Below are positions 8,690 to 17,834 of a stretch of DNA of 64,000 nucleotides, piece by piece. Each line of letters opens with the position of its first letter. Position 1 is the first letter of the stretch. The notes beneath the pieces were generated by a model. That model saw only the letters and a program-made list of their open reading frames with translations, was not told the DNA's origin and made no database searches. The DNA comes from a virus, in the IMG/VR virus record IMGVR_UViG_3300046170_000470; one strand, written 5' to 3'. The position numbers were made by a program, and so were the translations under genes.

Positions 8690-9817
8690 ATGAAAAATAA
8701 ATTTACATTTCATGTTTTAGGATTACCTCACACTATAACCAACAAAGAATTTATTGCGTGCGCCTATACTCAAAAAGCATGGAAATTTTGTAAAATGATG
8801 GGTGAGAGGGGTCATACCATATACCATTACGGACATGAAGACAGTAATACCCCTTATGCTGAAAATATTACAGTTATTACAAATAAAGTATGGGAAAAAG
8901 TATATGGCACTCATGATTATAAAAGTAAACTTTTTACATACAATGTTCAAGATGAAGCATATCAAACCTTTTATAAAAATGCTATAAAAGAAATAGGTAA
9001 AAGAAAACAAAAAAATGACTTTATACTCCCATTTTGGGGTTCAGGTGTTAGACCTATATGTGACGCTCACCCAGATCTTATAACAGTAGAACCTGGAATT
9101 GGATATGCAGCAGGACATTGGGCTAATTGGAAAGTATTTGAATCATATGCTATTTACCATGCTTATTGTAATTTAAACTCAGTGGGGGATTGTAACCAAA
9201 ATAACTATGATGTAGTAATACCTAATTATTTTGATTTAGAAGAGTTTGAATTCAATGATAAAAAAGAAGATTATTTTTTGTTTTTAGGTAGAGTATATGA
9301 TGGTAAAGGAGTAAATATAGCTATTCAAGTCACAGAACATTTAGGATATAAATTAAAAATAGCAGGCCAAATAGATAGTAATGGTCCATATGCTAATAAA
9401 GATTTCCCGCCTCATGTTGAATTTGTAGGTTATGCTGATGTAGAAAAAAGAAAAACTTTAATGAAGAATGCTAAGGGTTCATTCCTAGCATCTCAATATT
9501 TAGAACCTTTTGGTGGGGTTCAGATTGAAAATCTATTATGTGGTACACCAACAATAACTTCTGATTGGGGTGCTTTTACTGAAAATAATATTGAAGGTAT
9601 AACAGGTTATAGATGTAGAACATTTGATGATTATCTCCAAGCTGCCATTAAAGTTAATGAAGGTAAAATTGATTATCATACTTGTAGAGAGTATGGAGAA
9701 AAATTTTCATTGAAGAATATAGCTCCTAAATATGAAAAATATTTTCAAGATATTTTAAACGTGTATACTACTAATGGGTGGTATCATACTAATGTTAAAT
9801 TAAAATTAAATAAATAA
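8690..9817 (+). CDS. glycosyltransferase, GT-B fold (GT4-like)
   Basis: FLFLGRVYDGKG, EPFGGVQIE (Ex7E), CGTPTITSDWG. Confidence 0.9.
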   Translation: MKNKFTFHVLGLPHTITNKEFIACAYTQKAWKFCKMMGERGHTIYHYGHEDSNTPYAENITVITNKVWEKVYGTHDYKSKLFTYNVQDEAYQTFYKNAIKEIGKRKQKNDFILPFWGSGVRPICDAHPDLITVEPGIGYAAGHWANWKVFESYAIYHAYCNLNSVGDCNQNNYDVVIPNYFDLEEFEFNDKKEDYFLFLGRVYDGKGVNIAIQVTEHLGYKLKIAGQIDSNGPYANKDFPPHVEFVGYADVEKRKTLMKNAKGSFLASQYLEPFGGVQIENLLCGTPTITSDWGAFTENNIEGITGYRCRTFDDYLQAAIKVNEGKIDYHTCREYGEKFSLKNIAPKYEKYFQDILNVYTTNGWYHTNVKLKLNK

Positions 9818-9820
9818 GTT

Positions 9821-9991
9821 ATGAAGCAATTTTTTACAAACTGGTATCCGATCATTATAGCATTCATTTGTATGTGTTATTCAATTGGATTAGGACTAAC
9901 TGGTAATACAGCTGAAGCACAATACTCAGCTCATTGGCCAGGTACAATTTTATTATTCGCAATAGCAATTAGACAAATACGAGGAAGATGA
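9821..9991 (+). CDS. small membrane protein (56 aa)
   Basis: AAGTT-ATG leader; two hydrophobic segments. Confidence 0.55.
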   Translation: MKQFFTNWYPIIIAFICMCYSIGLGLTGNTAEAQYSAHWPGTILLFAIAIRQIRGR

Positions 9992-10173
9992 GTATAGCAA
10001 TGTTTATAGTAGGGTTTTTCATATTTGCGGTCTACGTAGGATTCTTAATATGGAATATATTTTATAATGCCCGTAAAAATAGAGAAGAAAATTATCCAAA
10101 CTACTATGCTAGGCATGGATACCCACATAAAAGAGTTAGTAGAATAAAGAACAAAAAAGAGGATGTAAAGTGA
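9988..10173 (+). CDS. small membrane protein
   Basis: N-terminal TM helix. Confidence 0.6.
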   Translation: MSIAMFIVGFFIFAVYVGFLIWNIFYNARKNREENYPNYYARHGYPHKRVSRIKNKKEDVK

Positions 10174-10442
10174 GTTTTATTATAGGCTTCAGTTTTATTA
10201 TTTTATTATCTATATTTACAATTGTACTTTGGTTAATATCCAAACGCTTACCTCAAGAATTTATTTTATCTAGTATAGTTTTTATGATGGTAGGAGACGG
10301 AGTATTAGTAGGGCTATGGTATTATGGATTATTAGATATAGTAGAATCAATTAAACAGTTTAGATTAGGAATAGCAGGAGCATTTTGTGTGAGTGCTATG
10401 GGCCGATCAATTTATTTTTTATTACAGAATGAAAAAGTGTAA
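10170..10442 (+). CDS. small membrane protein
   Basis: Three hydrophobic segments, GTG start. Confidence 0.6.
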   Translation: MSFIIGFSFIILLSIFTIVLWLISKRLPQEFILSSIVFMMVGDGVLVGLWYYGLLDIVESIKQFRLGIAGAFCVSAMGRSIYFLLQNEKV

Positions 10443-10773
10443 CATTTGTAAAGAGCAACGATCCGATTGGATGTTTAAAAACAATAAGAAGAAAACATGC
10501 CGCAAATGCGAGTATAGATGGTGGCGTAATATTCTTCGAATGATGGTTAGGGATAGACGCTTAACACCCCTTGAAAGATTAGGCACTAGAGTTGGATATA
10601 TGGGTGTTGGCTTTCTTATAGCGGGACAATGGACCATTAACCCCATGTTATATATGATGGGTTTCACCTGTGTATTAATTCAAGTTAGTATAAGAAGACA
10701 GTGGAATCTAGTAGTATTACAATTAAATGGTCTAATAGCTTGGACCATCCATTTTTTAAATTCATTATCATGA
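10429..10773 (+). CDS. zinc-ribbon plus membrane protein
   Basis: MKKCNIC…CRKC followed by hydrophobic segments. Confidence 0.6.
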   Translation: MKKCNICKEQRSDWMFKNNKKKTCRKCEYRWWRNILRMMVRDRRLTPLERLGTRVGYMGVGFLIAGQWTINPMLYMMGFTCVLIQVSIRRQWNLVVLQLNGLIAWTIHFLNSLS

Positions 10774-10902
10774 CACAAGAAGAAAAAAAATTAAAAGCTA
10801 TTGAGCTAAGTAAACAAATTTTAGAATTAAAAAAATTAGGCTCAACTATTGCTACTAAAAAAACAATTCAAAGTTTACAACAAGAATTAGATAAACTAAA
10901 TT

Positions 10903-11139
10903 ATGCAACATAAGATTGATTTACATGGATTAACTCATGATGAGGCAGCAAGGAAAGTAGAAACTGAACTTATAAGAATATCACTAACTAATTACTACCA
11001 AGTAGAAATTATAACAGGTAAATCTAAGTCAATGCAAGATAAAATAATTAATGAGGTATTAGGACCCCTCAAATTTTTTTATTATATTCCCACTGTAAAT
11101 GAGGGTACAATAATTGTTTGCCCAGATGATTTATTATAA
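10903..11139 (+). CDS. stand-alone Smr/MutS2 C-terminal domain protein
   Basis: KIDLHGLTHDEA, EIITGK, NEG motifs. Confidence 0.8.
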   Translation: MQHKIDLHGLTHDEAARKVETELIRISLTNYYQVEIITGKSKSMQDKIINEVLGPLKFFYYIPTVNEGTIIVCPDDLL

Positions 11140-11142
11140 AAT

Positions 11143-11352
11143 ATGACTTTATATTCTAACATAGTTTACAATAATAACATTGCTTATAAAATACTTGATA
11201 TTATTGCAATACATAATTTTGTAGATAAAAAGGGTAATATAAATAAACAAGTATTGGGGATGTATGTGCATGAAAAAGGTGGTGATCATGTTTTACAACG
11301 TGATAACAAATTTTTAATATGTGAAACAATAGAAGAAGCAACAATAGTATGA
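11143..11352 (+). CDS. hypothetical protein
   Basis: ORF track. Confidence 0.6.
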   Translation: MTLYSNIVYNNNIAYKILDIIAIHNFVDKKGNINKQVLGMYVHEKGGDHVLQRDNKFLICETIEEATIV

Positions 11353-12182
11353 AACGTATATTAGTAACAGGAGCAGGTGGGTTTATAGGAAGCAATTTAA
11401 TGAATTACCTAGCATTAGATAAAACAATATCAATACAAGGTATGGATAACAACCCCCGTATTGATAATGAATATATGATTCATTTAGATATAAAAAACAT
11501 AAATAAATTAGCTTGGAAACCCGATATAATTTATCATTTAGCAGCCCAATCTAAAGTACAACAATCATTCGATGACCCTAAACAAAACGCAGAAGACAAT
11601 GTAATGGGAACTCTAGCAGTATTAGAATATGCCAAAAAATATAAATGTAAAGTAGTATATGCAGGTTCAGCTTCAAGACATACTGATCCATCCTCATCAC
11701 CCTATGCCACTACAAAATATATGGGTGAAACACTTTGTAAAATGTATAGAAAATGTTTTAGTGTAGATGTTGAAATAGCTAGGTTTTATAACGCATATGG
11801 ACCAAATGAATACTTACACCCTACTGAAAGTAATGTAATTGGTATTTGGAGATATAATACCCAAAACAATATAAAATGTAAAATAGTAGGTGATGGTGAA
11901 CAAGAAAGAGACTTTATTCATGTTCAAGACATTGTTGAAGGGCTGGTTGCTATAGGGGATAGTATCTCAAGCCATGACGATGCCTGGGAATTAGGAACAG
12001 GCTCAACTTTAACTGTAAATAATTTAGCTACTATGTTTCATGAAAAATTTAATATTAATTTTGATTGGGTTGAAGACCAAAAAGGTAATGTACGTAAATC
12101 AAAACTAATAAATACAGATGCTTATGAAAGGTTAGGTTGGAAACCTAAAAGAAGATTAGTAGATTATATAATGTCATTATGA
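11349..12182 (+). CDS. NAD-dependent NDP-sugar epimerase/dehydratase (extended SDR)
   Basis: ILVTGAGGFIGS, HLAA, YATTK (YxxxK), RFYNAYGP, GDGEQERDFIHVQD. Confidence 0.92.
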   Translation: MKRILVTGAGGFIGSNLMNYLALDKTISIQGMDNNPRIDNEYMIHLDIKNINKLAWKPDIIYHLAAQSKVQQSFDDPKQNAEDNVMGTLAVLEYAKKYKCKVVYAGSASRHTDPSSSPYATTKYMGETLCKMYRKCFSVDVEIARFYNAYGPNEYLHPTESNVIGIWRYNTQNNIKCKIVGDGEQERDFIHVQDIVEGLVAIGDSISSHDDAWELGTGSTLTVNNLATMFHEKFNINFDWVEDQKGNVRKSKLINTDAYERLGWKPKRRLVDYIMSL

Positions 12183-12433
12183 GCGGAGAAGATATAATAC
12201 AACGAGTAAACGAAATCAAAGAATTAATAATTAGAAACCCAGATGGGGGTGATTTAGCATTAAAGTATTGTGATTACTTAATTGATGATATTTACCTTTA
12301 TCGTAAACAATGCTTATGATTAATAGTGGAAAAGAGTGGAGATGGATGGATGATGAGGATGAATTTCTAGAACAAGGTGTAGATGATTATATATCACCAC
12401 CTAAAACAAGTGGAGCAGTAGAAGATTAGTTAT

Positions 12434-12685
12434 ATGAAAGAACAAGATATAGTAGATTTAGGGTTCAAAAGGGTAGATGTAACAGCAGAAGAAAGTGGTG
12501 ATGATGCCTTTTATTATTACACATATGATTTTGGTAACGGAACATTAAGCCTTATAAGTAATGCTAATAACGAAGTTATTGATGGAAGATGGGGTATAGA
12601 AATATTTGAAGATGAAACCATCCAATTTTGGGGTGTATCCGATTTAAAAAAGTTTATTAATGTAATTAAAAAGAATACGATATGA
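12434..12685 (+). CDS. hypothetical protein
   Basis: ORF track. Confidence 0.6.
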   Translation: MKEQDIVDLGFKRVDVTAEESGDDAFYYYTYDFGNGTLSLISNANNEVIDGRWGIEIFEDETIQFWGVSDLKKFINVIKKNTI

Positions 12686-12938
12686 GAAAAAAACGAGCAT
12701 ATTATGGTTGTGAAATGGAATCACCAATTTATAGACAAGTTGCTGCCGAAATGGCTGCTAAACGAGAGGGCAAAACAGTAATAAACGAGCATAAAACAAA
12801 ACGAGGTAAAAGAAGCAAGTAATGGAAAATCAAGGCAGGTCAAAAAGGCAAATGGAAGGTAATTATAAAATAATGGGTATAGGAATTATAGGAATGATTC
12901 TAACATTAATATTCATAGCTATATTTAATTAAAATTAC

Positions 12939-13886
12939 ATGAAAGTAAGTATTATAATTAGAACTTTTAATAGGCCTCTATTATTAAAACAAGCATTAGC
13001 TTCAATAAGTTTACAATCTCATAAAAACTGGGAAGTAATTATTTTTGATGATAGTAATAGTGGTAAAGATATTTTAAATATAATCCAAAACTTTAGAAAA
13101 CAAAACCCAAATAACACTACTCTTTATTTAAATTCTAATACACCACGTTATTTCTTTAAAAAGAGTTGGGAAGTAGCTCCACAAATTGCCAATGGAGAAG
13201 TTATGGTGAGACTAGATGATGATGATTTATTAGCAGAAAACTCGCTTGAATCAATATCTAAAATTTATACAGACCACCCCTTACTAGATTACTCATATGG
13301 GTCTTGTATTGTATTTAAAGAAGATGAATTAATTAATAGGATGATATCACAATCACCATTAGAAGCCCCTAAAACAAAAGATATATGGGCGGGGTATTTA
13401 GAAAGTCATCCATGGAGAGAACCTTGGCGATGGGTTGAAAATTATTATGATAAACCTAGACACTTTACTTCAATAATCCATTGTAGTAAAGCAAGTATAA
13501 TGTGTAGTTACCACACATATGTTATAAGAACATCCTCTGCATTATCCGCTTTAAATAAATTTAATGTAGTTAGTGACCATGTTGATGATTTAGAAGTAAT
13601 GGGTTCATTAGATTATTTGGGGTTAAGACATACTTCAATAAAATCAACTTTAAGTTATGTTAGAGAACATGATAGTGGTAGAGTAACAGATAATAATCCA
13701 CTAATAAGAGATGAATTGCTTAAAACTAGGGATAAAGTTGAATATTTAAGACCGGAAAATTTCACTTCAAACGTATACTTAGAAAACATAGAAGGCAATA
13801 TCCAAAATGAAGAAATAAGTAATAATGATAGATCAAATTTTAAACAATATTATAATAAAGTGAAACTAAAAGCAAATCAATTATAA
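12939..13886 (+). CDS. glycosyltransferase family 2
   Basis: VSIIIRTFNR, WEVIIFDD, LDDDD (DxD). Confidence 0.9.
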   Translation: MKVSIIIRTFNRPLLLKQALASISLQSHKNWEVIIFDDSNSGKDILNIIQNFRKQNPNNTTLYLNSNTPRYFFKKSWEVAPQIANGEVMVRLDDDDLLAENSLESISKIYTDHPLLDYSYGSCIVFKEDELINRMISQSPLEAPKTKDIWAGYLESHPWREPWRWVENYYDKPRHFTSIIHCSKASIMCSYHTYVIRTSSALSALNKFNVVSDHVDDLEVMGSLDYLGLRHTSIKSTLSYVREHDSGRVTDNNPLIRDELLKTRDKVEYLRPENFTSNVYLENIEGNIQNEEISNNDRSNFKQYYNKVKLKANQL

Positions 13887-13942
13887 AAAATAATTCAAAG
13901 CTTTTGACTACACACCACTAACAATTCATACGTATATACAAT

Positions 13943-14155
13943 ATGGAAGCAATAAAACGGGGAAATGGATGGTATTATAAAGATGATAGTCCACCAAAAT
14001 CAAACTATAAAATCCAAATTACACCACTTGATAAGTCTCAAGAACAATATGTGATGAAAATAGAGACACATGATATAGAATGGTCAATGGAGCAGTACCA
14101 GAGAAATAGAGGACAATTTGAATGGGAAATGATGGATTGGAACATCCAAGTATAA
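13943..14155 (+). CDS. hypothetical protein
   Basis: ORF track; similar to the next ORF. Confidence 0.6.
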   Translation: MEAIKRGNGWYYKDDSPPKSNYKIQITPLDKSQEQYVMKIETHDIEWSMEQYQRNRGQFEWEMMDWNIQV

Positions 14156-14499
14156 AAATAAATAATATGAAAAAGTGGTACACAATTAAAGTTACACCCC
14201 TTGAAGAAGGTAAAAGTGATCAAACATTTAAAATTGAGACATCTAATTTGGATCAAACAATGGACAAATATACTCGTGATAAAGGAAGGTACAATAACGG
14301 CACTATGGGAGATAGTAAGACGTTAAACAAATACCAATTCAGGTTTAAGAATAAGGTATACGAGTGTATAGGTGAAGATAGGGATTGGCAAATTGTCCAG
14401 TTTAAATTTGCAATAAAAGATAAACAATGGCTAACGGTCAGTAATCGAATAATAAATCAATTGAAATGGGGTCCACTAATAAAGGAGATAAAGACATAA
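14122..14499 (+). CDS. hypothetical protein (start probably MKKW near 14167)
   Basis: ORF track. Confidence 0.5.
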   Translation: MGNDGLEHPSIKINNMKKWYTIKVTPLEEGKSDQTFKIETSNLDQTMDKYTRDKGRYNNGTMGDSKTLNKYQFRFKNKVYECIGEDRDWQIVQFKFAIKDKQWLTVSNRIINQLKWGPLIKEIKT

Positions 14500-14810
14500 A
14501 TCATTGTGTATGGTGTGGAGCCTTAACTCCAATGGAGCAAATGCAATTGCCGTCTACACCTATTTTGGAGCATATGGAGGAGAAAATTGATAAAATGGGA
14601 CGTAAACGAATATGGGGTGATAATTCGGATTGGAGTAAGGTTAATATGGATAGTGATTTGGAGGCCGAATTGCTAGTGTATGATGAGATGTTGGCTACTA
14701 TAGAACTTAAAACAGTGTGTGAGCGATGTATAGAGGAGGATGAACGGCTATGGAAGAAATATTACGGTAATCCAGACGATATAGATATATTCTGGGACGA
14801 CGTATTTTAA
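14466..14810 (+). CDS. hypothetical protein with CxxC…CxxC
   Basis: HCVWCG and VCERC. Confidence 0.55.
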   Translation: MGSTNKGDKDINHCVWCGALTPMEQMQLPSTPILEHMEEKIDKMGRKRIWGDNSDWSKVNMDSDLEAELLVYDEMLATIELKTVCERCIEEDERLWKKYYGNPDDIDIFWDDVF

Positions 14811-14813
14811 AAG

Positions 14814-15074
14814 ATGGTTGTATGTAGTCGATGTGGGGAATTAATTGAATCGGGATGGGATTATAGGTGGCATTTTGATAAACATTTGGATGAATTTGAT
14901 AATGCTGAGGATAAACAAAAGTATATAAATGAAACAACGCAAATTATGAGCAGTAAATTTTTTAGTAATAAGAACGATAATAAAACGGATAAACGGGGTA
15001 AGAAAGTAACCAATAAGGGTAAACAAGTACACAATAAGAATATTGGTGTTAAGAAATCTGGACGGGGTAAGTAA
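14814..15074 (+). CDS. small C2H2-like zinc-finger protein
   Basis: CSRC…HFDKH and a basic tail. Confidence 0.5.
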   Translation: MVVCSRCGELIESGWDYRWHFDKHLDEFDNAEDKQKYINETTQIMSSKFFSNKNDNKTDKRGKKVTNKGKQVHNKNIGVKKSGRGK

Positions 15075-15221
15075 ATAATTAAACAATAAATAACATGAGT
15101 AGAAACAGTAACAAACAATTGTACACGCAAACGATGGAGTGGGTGGGTACATTAAAGCAACAACGTAAAAGACGTAGTAAACAAGGTAATTCGCGAATGG
15201 ATTATATGAAACAAAAACGTA

Positions 15222-15332
15222 ATGGCTAAACGTAATAAATTAAAATCGGTTACTTGGATAACCATAGGTGCCATTACTATATTGATTTGGGTAGGGGTCT
15301 ACAATTTGGTGTGGCCATGGTTAGGTAGTTAA
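15222..15332 (+). CDS. membrane microprotein (36 aa)
   Basis: MAKRNKLKSVTWITIGAITILIWVGVYNLVWPWLGS. Confidence 0.45.
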   Translation: MAKRNKLKSVTWITIGAITILIWVGVYNLVWPWLGS

Positions 15333-15630
15333 CCAAGTGTGTCCAACTAGGGTACAAGCCTAACCAACGGGTAGTGATGTAACCAAATGGTGTACTGTTC
15401 TATATATAGTGTATGACCTTAACCTATGGGGTGAGTGGTCTAACCAAGGGTGGGTGTTAACCCATTTACATTGCAAGCCAAGCCTTTTCGACCTACCTTA
15501 AAATATATACGTCGAATTGCATTATTCACAATTGGCACACGTGTAGATCTTTCTTATTCACAATGGCCTGGCATTAAAAATGAGCATGTGACAAAGCCAA
15601 ATGTATTTCATAAATGTTCACAACTATAAT
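15330..15630. repeat. non-coding tract with repeated TAACC(A/T/C) and two TTATTCACA DnaA-box-like 9-mers; candidate origin
   Basis: TAACC at 15330, 15361, 15380, 15420, 15441, 15458; TTATTCACA at 15522 and 15554. Confidence 0.5.
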
Positions 15631-15640
15631 TGCATTTAAA

Positions 15641-15673
15641 TTTGGATACGTGGGATATGGTTCGTATATTTAC
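15641..15673 (+). promoter_or_regulatory. early promoter TTTGG-N19-TATATTTAC
   Basis: Exact motif and spacing. Confidence 0.8.
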
Positions 15674-15690
15674 AGGGTAAAATTAAGGTT

Positions 15691-15855
15691 ATGACAGTAA
15701 ATCCAACAGTAAATCATCATTTATTATTAGAAAACAGGTTAAATCAGTTATTACGTGATGGACATTTATCCAAAGACGTATGGAATGACTTAATCGATTG
15801 TGTTACACTACACAGGCAATTGGAATTTAAACAATTAACAGTAAATCAATTATAA
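15691..15855 (+). CDS. microprotein (54 aa)
   Basis: TAAGGTT-ATG; MTVNPTVNHHLLLENRLNQ…. Confidence 0.65.
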   Translation: MTVNPTVNHHLLLENRLNQLLRDGHLSKDVWNDLIDCVTLHRQLEFKQLTVNQL

Positions 15856-15864
15856 ATTAAGGTT

Positions 15865-16002
15865 ATGAGTTATAATAGAGGTAAAAATTATTTGAAACAG
15901 TTTAAACGACTCAAAAAAGGTCGTGTGATGAATGCATATGAGATAGCAAGTCTAAAAGCGTTTAGCGATGAGTTAAAACAATCATTCACATACAATAAAT
16001 AA
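15865..16002 (+). CDS. basic microprotein (45 aa)
   Basis: TAAGGTT-ATG; MSYNRGKNYLKQFKRLKKG…. Confidence 0.65.
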   Translation: MSYNRGKNYLKQFKRLKKGRVMNAYEIASLKAFSDELKQSFTYNK

Positions 16003-16007
16003 AGGTT

Positions 16008-16115
16008 ATGACAGATATGTTACACCACTTAGCAAGATTAGAGATGATGATGGCCGAGGAACGAGGCATTGATTTATCATACATTGAAGCATTAGAAATA
16101 GTTAAATTAAAATAA
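16008..16115 (+). CDS. microprotein (35 aa)
   Basis: TAAAGGTT-ATG; MTDMLHHLARLEMMMAEERG…. Confidence 0.65.
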   Translation: MTDMLHHLARLEMMMAEERGIDLSYIEALEIVKLK

Positions 16116-16120
16116 AGGTT

Positions 16121-16288
16121 ATGGATCAATACACACTTAAAGTTCATGTTGAACATGGTCACATTGAAAACATATGGTCGGGCAATGACATAAATGAGGC
16201 TCACCACTACGAATCCATTGGTATTAAACATTGGGGCAAGGACAATGTCTGGATATGTGATAACATCCAGGAAATCACCGTCGGGTAA
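16121..16288 (+). CDS. microprotein (55 aa)
   Basis: TAAAGGTT-ATG; MDQYTLKVHVEHGHIENIWSG…. Confidence 0.65.
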   Translation: MDQYTLKVHVEHGHIENIWSGNDINEAHHYESIGIKHWGKDNVWICDNIQEITVG

Positions 16289-16312
16289 AATTACATTAAT
16301 CATTTATTACAA

Positions 16313-16545
16313 CGAGGGTACTCCCAGTGGGGGGTGCCCCGTACCCCTATACCGCGTTGGGCATGCCGCCGGCCGTACGTGGGGGGTATGTATGTAATAC
16401 CACGCGCGTTGATATCCATATGGCGTGTATATGTGAAGGAAAGGGTGTAGGGTATCATATGAAGCTCCTACGGTCTTCTACCCTCGGGTTGTATATACAA
16501 ATATATATCAAAATATATAAGGGGCCCCATTGGGACCCCTTTTTT
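16313..16545 (+). ncRNA. GC-rich multi-hairpin element: candidate structured ncRNA or terminus/packaging site
   Basis: Four predicted stems, the first two relying on G-U pairs, in a GC island inside an AT-rich genome. Confidence 0.4.
16519..16545. terminator. probable bidirectional terminator between convergent units
   Basis: GGGGCCCCA-T-TGGGACCCC followed by T6; AT-rich on the other flank. Confidence 0.65.
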
Positions 16546-16625
16546 CCATTTAACACCAAATTTTAAAAAACACAAAAATGGCAACCTTCTTTTTTCAAAA
16601 ACCTTTTGGTGTCGAGGAAAATATA

Positions 16626-17363
16626 TTAGTTTTCAAACAAATATGTTACTTCATCTTGAGTTATTGCTCTATCCCATACTCCAATATCATCTAATTTACC
16701 ATTAAATGAATCCCATAAAGGGTGATTCATCATCCCAAAAGCTACCTTACCAGATAAAGAAGGAATACCTAGAGTTTTTTGCTCTTCTATTAATACTCCA
16801 TCAAGGTATAACTTAGTTATTGTATCCCCAACCGAGTATACTATATGATGCCAATTATTAGATTGGAGAGATAATTCTACTATATTAACAGTTCTATCAT
16901 CATATATGTTACCTATACTTGGTGTACCTTCATTGGGCCATGTAAATCCTAACTGCCCCGGACCATCATTCCCCCAAAACTCCAGGACTCTAGGGTTAAT
17001 AGAACCATTACCTTCTCTATATACCCATAAAGATATTGTATATATTGATACAGATTCGGTATTTATATCTACTTTTATGAAATTGGTGTTTTTTACACCA
17101 CTAAAATATACACTTTTGTCTTCAACCCCATTTCTATCTTGAGTTAAAATAGAGGTATCTTCAATAGGGTGGTTCTCATTCCCGCTCTCATCTAAACTAT
17201 TACCATTAAAAGGATACCAGGCAATTAAACCCTCTTTAGGGAATGAATCACAAACACAATCACACTCAACTTCAACTTGTTCAATTACCTCTATATATTC
17301 GATGTGGTCTTCACACCCCAATAAAAATAAAACACTTAAAAATAACCATTTTTTCATAACCAA
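16626..17363 (-). CDS. LamG/concanavalin-A-like jellyroll lipoprotein
   Basis: MKKWLFLSVLFLLGC lipobox; GLIAWYPFNGNSLDESGN, TISLWV, WHHIV, LYLDG, FNGKLDDIGVWDRA. Confidence 0.85.
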   Translation of the reverse strand: MVMKKWLFLSVLFLLGCEDHIEYIEVIEQVEVECDCVCDSFPKEGLIAWYPFNGNSLDESGNENHPIEDTSILTQDRNGVEDKSVYFSGVKNTNFIKVDINTESVSIYTISLWVYREGNGSINPRVLEFWGNDGPGQLGFTWPNEGTPSIGNIYDDRTVNIVELSLQSNNWHHIVYSVGDTITKLYLDGVLIEEQKTLGIPSLSGKVAFGMMNHPLWDSFNGKLDDIGVWDRAITQDEVTYLFEN

Positions 17364-17372
17364 AGTTTAAAA

Positions 17373-17780
17373 TTAATATCTACTTAACATATTTGGATCT
17401 TGACCCAAGGTTTTTATATTTTGTTTCAATTGCGTTATTTCATTAAATGCGTCCGTAACATTTTTATTAAACACTTTATTCGATTGTTGTATTTTATTTA
17501 AATTTTCATACGCTACCGCATCTAATTCTTTTATACGCTTATTAATACTACTCAGACTCTCATACTGATCCCTCTCCATACTCGACTGAATATCCATTAT
17601 CAATGTTTTTATATCTTCTATCTCCTCCCTAAGATCTGCTCTTCGGGCAGAGGAGATATGAGATGATTTATTGAACGAGCTCAGTAATTCCGTATGTGAA
17701 GATTTTACCGAACGTAATAGCTTAACCCCATATAATACTCCTACCGATAGTACTCCACCTATAAAATATAATAATTCCAT
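17373..17780 (-). CDS. membrane-anchored coiled-coil protein
   Basis: N-terminal TM and heptad pattern; has its own promoter. Confidence 0.7.
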   Translation of the reverse strand: MELLYFIGGVLSVGVLYGVKLLRSVKSSHTELLSSFNKSSHISSARRADLREEIEDIKTLIMDIQSSMERDQYESLSSINKRIKELDAVAYENLNKIQQSNKVFNKNVTDAFNEITQLKQNIKTLGQDPNMLSRY

Positions 17781-17834
17781 ATAACATTAATTTAGCTAAG
17801 GTGAGCTACCTAATGCTTCACCCTTTTTATTCAC

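Noticed and set aside
15330-15480. CRISPR-like mini-array
   Set aside because: Repeat is only 5-9 nt with irregular spacing, and there are no cas genes in the window.
15986-16566. ORFs 15986..16303(-), 16194..16397 and 16327..16566
   Set aside because: They overlap better-supported microproteins or the GC-rich island, and have atypical composition and no leader motif.
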